From assembly GCA_035762345.1 (NCBI GenBank), contig DASTPE010000079.1, positions 408-64,407 on the forward strand: a DNA stretch of 64,000 nt, written 5' to 3'. Origin of the DNA: Burkholderiales bacterium. Its GTDB lineage: Bacteria; Pseudomonadota; Gammaproteobacteria; Burkholderiales; SG8-39. This document shows positions 58,360 through 64,000 of this stretch, piece after piece. The translations under genes were made by a program, and so were the position numbers. The notes beneath the pieces are model-generated. The model worked only from the letters and a program-made list of their open reading frames with translations. It was not told the origin of the DNA and did no database searches. Positions within the stretch are counted from its first letter, which is position 1; each line of letters begins with the position of its first letter.

Positions 58360-59531
58360 GATGCGGTCTTGTGCTCCCAAGGGGGAAGGAGCCGGGTGAT
58401 TCCCAGCAATACAACCAATGGCGCAACGACCAGCGCGAGGGCACTGATCAAGCCTTCCTTGCCGAAGATCTGCATCGGGTACTCGAGCAGCCCCTTGCCC
58501 GTCTTCGAGATCTCTTGGCCGCCGATGACGACGTTCCAGCGCATCATGAACACTGAGAGCAGCACCAGGCAGGCGCTCAGCGTGACGCCCAAGACCAGCG
58601 CTCTGCCCGCGGTGCCGCGCCAGATCATATAGGACAGCCACGCAAGCGGCACGATCGCACCGATACCGAATTGCAGCACGAAGTACGGGATCAGGAGCGG
58701 CCCGGTCACATAGGCCATGATCATCTCGATGCCTTCCCGGGCCTTGTAGACGATGTTGGCGAATTCCAGCCCCTCGAGAACGAAGGCAACGATGATGAAT
58801 GCCCACACGGTATAGGCGAGGCCCTTCACGCACGCGAGATCGATCGGGACCCTGCGCAACTTGCACGACAGCACATAGAGCACGATGAGCAGCGCCACGC
58901 CGGAGATGATGGCCGAGAACAGGAACACGAGCGGCATCAGGTCCGAAGACCACCACTCGCGCGACTTGAGGGAGCCGAACACGAAACCGACGTAGCCGTG
59001 CAGGCCGTGCGCGCCGGGGATGCCGGCGATCGCCAGCCAGAAGATCCATTTCCGGTCGACGCGCAAGGCGCCCTCCGAAACGTCGTACGAGCCGAGCGTG
59101 AGCACGCGGTAGAACGCGCCCAAAGGTCCTTTTCTCTTCTGCGCCTGCGCCACGATATAGGGGCGAAACGCGAACCACGTCTCCACGATCAGCAGCACGA
59201 TGTAAAAAGTCGCGAAGTAGCCGAAGGCCGCCATGGCCGAGGTCCAATGCGGCGTGAGCAGGTTGTTGAAGGCGCGCTCGGGATGGCCAAGATGCAAAAG
59301 CAGCGGCAGCGGCACGAATAACATGAAGCACAGCGAGGTCAGGAGCGCGAGGTGGGCAACGGGCTTCAGGCGCTCGAAACCGAACACCTGGTAGAGGCTC
59401 GACACCGTAAACGCCCCGGCGACCAGGCCGGTGATGTACGGGTAGACGACGATGGCCACCGACCATTCGATCACGGTCTCGTTCGGGTACACCCAGCCGG
59501 CGTAGGGAGCATAGTGGATGAGAGGTTCCAC
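58356..59531 (-). CDS. NrfD/PsrC/ActC-family quinone-interacting membrane subunit
   Basis: 391 aa with about 10 TM segments. N-terminus MEPLIHYAPYAGWVYPNETVIEWSVAIVVYPYITGLVAG is typical of polysulfide-reductase NrfD-type proteins. Confidence 0.88.
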   Translation of the reverse strand: MEPLIHYAPYAGWVYPNETVIEWSVAIVVYPYITGLVAGAFTVSSLYQVFGFERLKPVAHLALLTSLCFMLFVPLPLLLHLGHPERAFNNLLTPHWTSAMAAFGYFATFYIVLLIVETWFAFRPYIVAQAQKRKGPLGAFYRVLTLGSYDVSEGALRVDRKWIFWLAIAGIPGAHGLHGYVGFVFGSLKSREWWSSDLMPLVFLFSAIISGVALLIVLYVLSCKLRRVPIDLACVKGLAYTVWAFIIVAFVLEGLEFANIVYKAREGIEMIMAYVTGPLLIPYFVLQFGIGAIVPLAWLSYMIWRGTAGRALVLGVTLSACLVLLSVFMMRWNVVIGGQEISKTGKGLLEYPMQIFGKEGLISALALVVAPLVVLLGITRLLPPWEHKTAS

Positions 59532-60361
59532 TAGCTCACCTCCTTGTCGATGCCGACATAGAACACGTTCGGCCCATTGCCGGTCTCCGGCTTGAGCACG
59601 TGTACGCGGTTGTTGCGGACGAACAGGCTAATCGCGCTTTGCTTGTCGTTGAGATCACCGAAGACGCGTGCGCCGACCGGACAAGCGTCGACGCAGGCGG
59701 GCTGCAGGCCGCTGGTGATGCGGTGATAGCACCACGTGCACTTGTCGGATACGCCCTTTTCTTCGTCGAAGAAGCGCGCGCCGTAGGGACAGGCCTGCAC
59801 GCAGTACCGGCAGCCGATGCAGTATTCATGGTCGATGAGCACCACCCCGTCTTTGGCCTTGTAGGTCGCGCCGACCGGGCACACCTGCACACAGGGCGGG
59901 TGCTCGCACTGGTTGCACAGCTTGGGGACGAAGAAGGCCTTCTCGACTTTCGCGTTCTGGTAGCGGTTGGCGAACCGGTACTCGCGCTGCGAGCCGGAGG
60001 CGGCGATGTTGACCGGGTCGGCGTGGCTGTCGATGCGCGGCCTCGCTTCTCCCTCCAGGTAGACGTAGCGCTCCACCCAGGTGCGGAAATGATGCGCGGT
60101 GAGCGGCACCTTGTTCTCGACCTTGCACGCCTCGACGCAACGCAGGCAGCCGATGCATTTCGTGGCGTCGACGCCGAAAGCCCAGCGGTGCTTCGTCCAG
60201 TCGTAGTCCGCCGTCGGAAAGGATTTCGGGGGCGTAACCGATTCGGTTTTCGCGCCGACTTTGGCGAGCGATGCCGCCGTGCCCGCAGCTACGGCAGCAG
60301 CGCCGAGCTTGCGCAGAAAGTGGCGCCTGGCAAGCAATCCGCTGATTGCCTCGCGCTTCAC
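59531..60361 (-). CDS. Tat-exported 4x[4Fe-4S] ferredoxin subunit (NrfC/PsrB/ActB2-like)
   Basis: GTG start overlapping the upstream stop. Twin-arginine leader LLARRHFLRKLGAAAVAAG. Four Cys clusters (CIGCLRCVEAC, CNQCEHPPCVQVCP, CIGCRYCVQACP, CTWC...CVDACP). No molybdopterin-like domain. Confidence 0.88.
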   Translation of the reverse strand: MKREAISGLLARRHFLRKLGAAAVAAGTAASLAKVGAKTESVTPPKSFPTADYDWTKHRWAFGVDATKCIGCLRCVEACKVENKVPLTAHHFRTWVERYVYLEGEARPRIDSHADPVNIAASGSQREYRFANRYQNAKVEKAFFVPKLCNQCEHPPCVQVCPVGATYKAKDGVVLIDHEYCIGCRYCVQACPYGARFFDEEKGVSDKCTWCYHRITSGLQPACVDACPVGARVFGDLNDKQSAISLFVRNNRVHVLKPETGNGPNVFYVGIDKEVS

Positions 60362-61386
60362 GGCTTCTTCCCGCAGCCCTGCGCGGCGTAGTACGCGGCG
60401 AGGTTCGCGATGTCGGCGTCGCTCAGGCCCCTGACGACGCCGGCCATCATCGGATCCTTGCGCAGGCCGGCCCTGAACGCCTTGAGGGTGTTCGCGAGGT
60501 ACACCGCCTTCTGGGCGGCGATGTTCGGCCACCCGGGATTTGCTCCGACGCCCGTCTCGCCGTGACAAGCGGAGCAGTTCTTCGCCAGAGCCTTGCCCGC
60601 CGCGGCGTCGCCCGTCGCGCTTGCGCTCGCCGCGGGCTTGCAGCTCAAGGCAGCGTAGTAGGCGGCGAGATCCTGGATCTCCGCATCGCTCAAGGTCTTC
60701 GCCACCGGCGACATCATGACGTCGGACTGGGCGCCGGACCTGTAGGCACCGAGGATGGCGACCAGGTAGGCGGCGTTCTGGCCTGCCAGGTTGGGCCAGC
60801 TGTCGTTCGGGCTGATTCCATCGGCGCCGTGGCAGCCGGCACAGCTCTCCGCGTGCTTCCTAGCGCCCGAGGCGGCGTCGCCGCCCGCCGGCGCCACGAC
60901 GCCGGCGAGCTTCGGCGCATGCGGGTTGTGGCAGACGGCGCATTGCTGGCCCGCGCCGTGCTGGGCGAGATCGATCTGCGGCTGCGTGCGCGGCCTCTCG
61001 GCCATGCGCTCATGGCACAGAGCGCAGAGCCGCCGGGTGTCGGAAGGAACCGGCAGCTTTCCCTCCTGCGGATGCTTCTGCGCCGCGCCATGACAGACTT
61101 CGCACGCCACCGTTTTGTGGTTCGCGGCAGACCACTGGGCGTGGCGCTCGCTGTGGCAGCCCTGGCAATAGGCCGAGGTCCGGAACACCGGCTCGTGGGC
61201 CGCGATCTCGGCCACTGAGCCGGCGCGGTAGTGGCCGAACTCATAGAAGGACTCGGCAGTGAAATACCACTTCGCGACCAGGGCGGCGGCAAACCCCGCA
61301 CCCAGCAGCACGAGCAGTCGGAAGACGTGCCTAGGCAGCGCCGGCCCCCAGCCATAAAGTGAACTCCCGTCCCCCGACCGTAGCAA
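60358..61386 (-). CDS. membrane-anchored hexahaem cytochrome c (4-haem NrfB/ActA-like module + two c4-type domains)
   Basis: TTG start and an N-terminal TM segment (FRLLVLLGAGFAAALVA). Motifs CQGCH, CEVCH, CALCH and CAVCH (paired-CxxCH type), then CAGCH and CSACH in class I domains. Confidence 0.85.
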   Translation of the reverse strand: MLRSGDGSSLYGWGPALPRHVFRLLVLLGAGFAAALVAKWYFTAESFYEFGHYRAGSVAEIAAHEPVFRTSAYCQGCHSERHAQWSAANHKTVACEVCHGAAQKHPQEGKLPVPSDTRRLCALCHERMAERPRTQPQIDLAQHGAGQQCAVCHNPHAPKLAGVVAPAGGDAASGARKHAESCAGCHGADGISPNDSWPNLAGQNAAYLVAILGAYRSGAQSDVMMSPVAKTLSDAEIQDLAAYYAALSCKPAASASATGDAAAGKALAKNCSACHGETGVGANPGWPNIAAQKAVYLANTLKAFRAGLRKDPMMAGVVRGLSDADIANLAAYYAAQGCGKKP

Positions 61387-61429
61387 GCCGCTCCCGACGC
61401 CGCTTGATCTACGTCAAAGGGGAAGGACT

Positions 61430-63589
61430 TCAGCCGGCGCGCACGAGGAAGCCCCGCAGTACGAGCAGGAGCAGAATCAGCCCGATCGTTATCAGGACAA
61501 AGCCGAGGAAGGCCGAGCCGATCGTCATCGGCCGCGATGGCGCGTTCACCAGGTGCTTCTCGAGCTCGCCGGACTTCTTCAGCCGTTCGTACTCGAGCGC
61601 GTGCTCACGCCTGAACTCGTCGAGCGACACCGAGCCCGTGAACATTACGATGTCGAGCGGGAACTTGTCCGGCCGGAAGTGGTTGTTGAAGAAGTGCACC
61701 GTGAACAGGAAGACCGCGGCGAGCACCGCCTCTTCTCCGTGCACGATGGTGGCGACGTTGAATATCCATCCCGGCAGGATCGACGCCGTGGCCTCGGGGA
61801 CTGCGAGCATGAAGCCGCTGCCGCCGATGATCGCCATGCCCCAGAACACCGCCCAGTAGTCGAACTTCTCCCAGTAGGTCCAGCGGTCGAATTGCGGGCG
61901 CGGCCGCATGCCGACGAACCACTGGAACATGGCGATGATGTCCTGCAGGTCCTGCCAGTTCGGCACCAGCGAGTTTGGCCCGAACCAATCGAACGTGCGC
62001 AAGCGCGGCAGGATGCGCGCGCCCACCACATAGACCAGGTGGATGAAGAAGATCCCAAGCATGAGGGTGGCGGCGACGCGGTGCACGACCGCGGCCTCTT
62101 TCGGGCTGCCGAACATGCGCACCACAAGCTGCGCCCAGGGCATCTCGGCGAAGAACACCGCCATCCCGGTGAGGACAAGCGTCATCACGCTAATCGCGAA
62201 GATGAGGTGCGCAAGCCGCCACATCGGCGCGAAGCGCTGGAACTGCTTGCCCTGCGGGTGCAGATGCAGGCCGACGACATGCGGGCTCGTCTTTCCTTCC
62301 TTGCGATCGCGCCATTCGCGGTAGAACCAGAGCGCGGTGTGCGTCCAGAAGAAAACGAACACGCCGATGAGCAGCGCGACCATGAACTTGGTTGCGACCC
62401 ACACCTGCGGATAACGCTCGAAGTCATACGGCGTGGCGTGCGGCTGAAAGCTCACGAAGCCCGGGGTCGCGTTCTTGTGGCACTGCTGGCAGGTCGCGAG
62501 GCGATTGTTGGGATGAACGCGTGAGGCGGGATCGGCTACGCGCTGCACGTTATGCCCGCTGTGGCAGTCGGAGCACTTGGCGGTATACGCGTAGCCCAGC
62601 CGGTGCACCTGGCCGTGATAGGTGTGGATGTAGGTGCGGTAGCTCTCGACGTGGCAGTTGCCGCAGTTCTGCGTGATCGCCACTTTCGTGGACGCTGCCG
62701 CCGGCGACTGGATGTCGTGCGTGGTGTGGCAGTCGGAGCAGATCGCCGCCACCGGGTTTCCTTTTTGCAGCACTTCGACGCCATGCACGGAGTTCTTGTA
62801 GACGCCGACCTGCTTCTCGTGGCACTTGCCGCAGACCAGCGGAATGCTCAGGCGCCAGTCGGCGCGCCCGGTGCTGCCGATCGGGTAAATGTAATGCGCA
62901 TCGTGGCAGTTGTAGCAGGTCGCGTTGGTGCGCGACTGGTCGTCGCGCCGCGGCCGCGCGTGCACCGACTTGAGATAGCGGTCGATCTGCTCGACCACCA
63001 CGCCGAGGCGCTCGTAGTCCTTCCTGCGGTCCTCTTCCAGGGTCCTCCACGTGTCCTGGTGGCACTGGATGCAGCCCACGCGGATCGGGCCGGTGCGCTT
63101 GTGCGGGATCTCGGTGATGTCGGTGTGGCACTCGACGCATCGGCGCTTCGCATGCACGCTGAGCTCGAACTTCTCCTTCACCACGTGGAGCGGGCGCGGC
63201 CTGCCATCGGGTCCGGGCATGGTAAAGCCCTCGTTGCCGTGGCAGCCGAAGCAGGTCGCGTTGTCGAGCGGCATCGCCGGTGCCGCGGCGGCTTCGGGTT
63301 TCGGCTTTCCAGCGGGCTTCTGCTGCAAGTACGCGACGATGGCCTGCAGCTCTCCTGCGCTGGCGTCGACCGGCATCGGATGGCCCTTGCCGGCGCGCAG
63401 CGCGCCGATCAGCTTGGATTCGGCGCCCCGGTACTTCGCCGCGGCCTCCCGCAGCGCCGGGCCCATCTTCTTCTCGTCCAACGCGTGGCAGCCGAGGCAA
63501 CCTTTCGACTGCAGAAGCGCCTCGCCGGATTGCGCACGCGCAAGCGGCGTGAATGCAATCAACGCCGCCGCCAGGACCCAGACCCGCAT
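61430..63589 (-). CDS. decahaem c-type cytochrome fused to a C-terminal 6-TM cytochrome b-like domain (CbcL-like)
   Basis: Trimmed to MRVWVLAAALIAFTPLARAQ (GGAGG upstream). One class I domain (CLGCH) plus nine further CxxCH motifs, then six hydrophobic helices with conserved His (RLAHL, VVHRV, FIHL, IVHGEE, TVHFFNNH). 719 aa. Confidence 0.85.
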   Translation of the reverse strand: MRVWVLAAALIAFTPLARAQSGEALLQSKGCLGCHALDEKKMGPALREAAAKYRGAESKLIGALRAGKGHPMPVDASAGELQAIVAYLQQKPAGKPKPEAAAAPAMPLDNATCFGCHGNEGFTMPGPDGRPRPLHVVKEKFELSVHAKRRCVECHTDITEIPHKRTGPIRVGCIQCHQDTWRTLEEDRRKDYERLGVVVEQIDRYLKSVHARPRRDDQSRTNATCYNCHDAHYIYPIGSTGRADWRLSIPLVCGKCHEKQVGVYKNSVHGVEVLQKGNPVAAICSDCHTTHDIQSPAAASTKVAITQNCGNCHVESYRTYIHTYHGQVHRLGYAYTAKCSDCHSGHNVQRVADPASRVHPNNRLATCQQCHKNATPGFVSFQPHATPYDFERYPQVWVATKFMVALLIGVFVFFWTHTALWFYREWRDRKEGKTSPHVVGLHLHPQGKQFQRFAPMWRLAHLIFAISVMTLVLTGMAVFFAEMPWAQLVVRMFGSPKEAAVVHRVAATLMLGIFFIHLVYVVGARILPRLRTFDWFGPNSLVPNWQDLQDIIAMFQWFVGMRPRPQFDRWTYWEKFDYWAVFWGMAIIGGSGFMLAVPEATASILPGWIFNVATIVHGEEAVLAAVFLFTVHFFNNHFRPDKFPLDIVMFTGSVSLDEFRREHALEYERLKKSGELEKHLVNAPSRPMTIGSAFLGFVLITIGLILLLLVLRGFLVRAG

Positions 63590-63613
63590 ACCCCCGCCTC
63601 CCCGGTGGATTAT

Positions 63614-63627
63614 TTGACGCCCATCAA
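63614..63627. promoter_or_regulatory. FNR/Dnr-type box TTGACGCCCATCAA
   Basis: Read directly, in the divergent region between the CbcL-like operon and the hemerythrin gene. Confidence 0.6.
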
Positions 63628-63670
63628 TAATGGACCCGGGCGCCGACCGCCAGCAAGTTCCCCACCGCCT

Positions 63671-63684
63671 TTGACCAGGATCAA
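63671..63684. promoter_or_regulatory. FNR/Dnr-type box TTGACCAGGATCAA
   Basis: Read directly. The centre lies 57 bp from the previous box and 41.5 nt upstream of the hemerythrin ATG. Confidence 0.6.
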
Positions 63685-63718
63685 TCCTCCGCCAGCGCAC
63701 GCTGGTAGCGTCCAAGCC

Positions 63719-64000
63719 ATGGCAGCGCTCAATCCAATCGCCGTGTGGCACGAGGAGCACGTCTACTTTAACCAGCTGCTGCACCTCCTGCAGCGCGAGG
63801 TCGACGTGTTTCACACCGGAAACCGGCCGAACTACGAGCTGATGTTCGACATCGTCTCGTACCTGCGCGAATACTCCGACCGGTTCCATCACCCGCGCGA
63901 GGACGAGGCGTTCGCGCGCTTGGCGAAGCGCTGCCCGCACATGGAGCTGCCGCTTGCGCGTCTCGCGCAGGAGCACCGCGTGATCGCGCAGTCGGGCGAG
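63719..64000 (+). CDS. hemerythrin (HHE cation-binding) domain protein, 3' end outside window
   Basis: Hand-translated open frame running to the window edge: MAALNPIAVWHEEHVYFNQLLHLLQREVDVFHTGNRPNYELMFDIVSYLREYSDRFHHPREDEAFARL...QEHRVI. H/E ligand spacing is typical of hemerythrin-like proteins. Absent from the track because it is unterminated. Confidence 0.7.
   Translation, partial: MAALNPIAVWHEEHVYFNQLLHLLQREVDVFHTGNRPNYELMFDIVSYLREYSDRFHHPREDEAFARLAKRCPHMELPLARLAQEHRVIAQSGE

Noticed and set aside
58360-59466. N-terminal 369 residues of the 767-aa track ORF 57163..59466.
   Set aside because: This part is an out-of-frame overlap of the NrfD-like gene, with Arg/Pro/His-rich junk. The real tetrahaem gene starts at MKILWAGLL (58359) with a signal peptide and an ATGA overlap.
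60301-60541. My manual base count here disagreed with the ORF track by one nucleotide: an apparent missing C near 60301 and an extra T near 60540. This would imply compensating frameshifts in the FeS and hexahaem genes.
   Set aside because: Both track ORFs translate continuously through the region with intact Cys-cluster and CxxCH motifs. The discrepancy is most likely my own counting or reading error. Coordinates in this area were therefore derived arithmetically from the track.
63590-63976. 129-codon N-terminal extension of track ORF 61430..63976.
   Set aside because: The extension has no signal peptide or domain. It runs antisense through the FNR-type boxes and the hemerythrin gene. The internal ATG at 63589 has a GGAGG site and starts a canonical signal peptide.

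Overview
This is a high-GC proteobacterial chromosome segment. Its core synteny looks betaproteobacterial: hfq-hflX-hflK-hflC-DUF2065-hisZ-purA, rpsF-priB-rpsR-rplI-dnaB, and aminotransferase-hom-thrC.

Positions 1-50 kb are mostly housekeeping genes and ordinary accessory genes:
- a five-PAS hybrid kinase with an OmpR-type regulator;
- an RND efflux operon with an unusual beta-propeller/MoaD tail;
- a LysR-controlled pirin-DoxX-GST-dioxygenase operon;
- pldA, a sulfatase, mgtE, aroC, rnr/rlmB, PhoH2, bcp and one tRNA-Leu(CAG).

The stand-out region is 50.1-64.0 kb. It holds two convergent operons carrying 38 CxxCH haem motifs.
- One operon is an MtoA/MtoB-type decahaem-porin conduit with an MtoD-like Met-free monohaem cytochrome and a dihaem c5.
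- The facing operon encodes a CbcL-like decahaem-cytochrome b fusion, a hexahaem cytochrome, a Tat-exported 4x[4Fe-4S] protein, an NrfD-type quinone subunit, two c4-type tetrahaem proteins, and an orphan membrane protein with one CxxCH.
- The cluster is bracketed by a Cys-poor Crp/Fnr regulator and a hemerythrin gene. Both flanking divergent intergenic regions carry a pair of TTGAC-N4-ATCAA boxes.

No CRISPR array, transposase, integrase or rRNA was seen.

All family calls rest on motif recognition by eye, with no database search. Coordinates of hand-found features are good to about +/-2 nt. Many long track ORFs are antisense or out-of-frame artefacts of the high GC content and are not reported.
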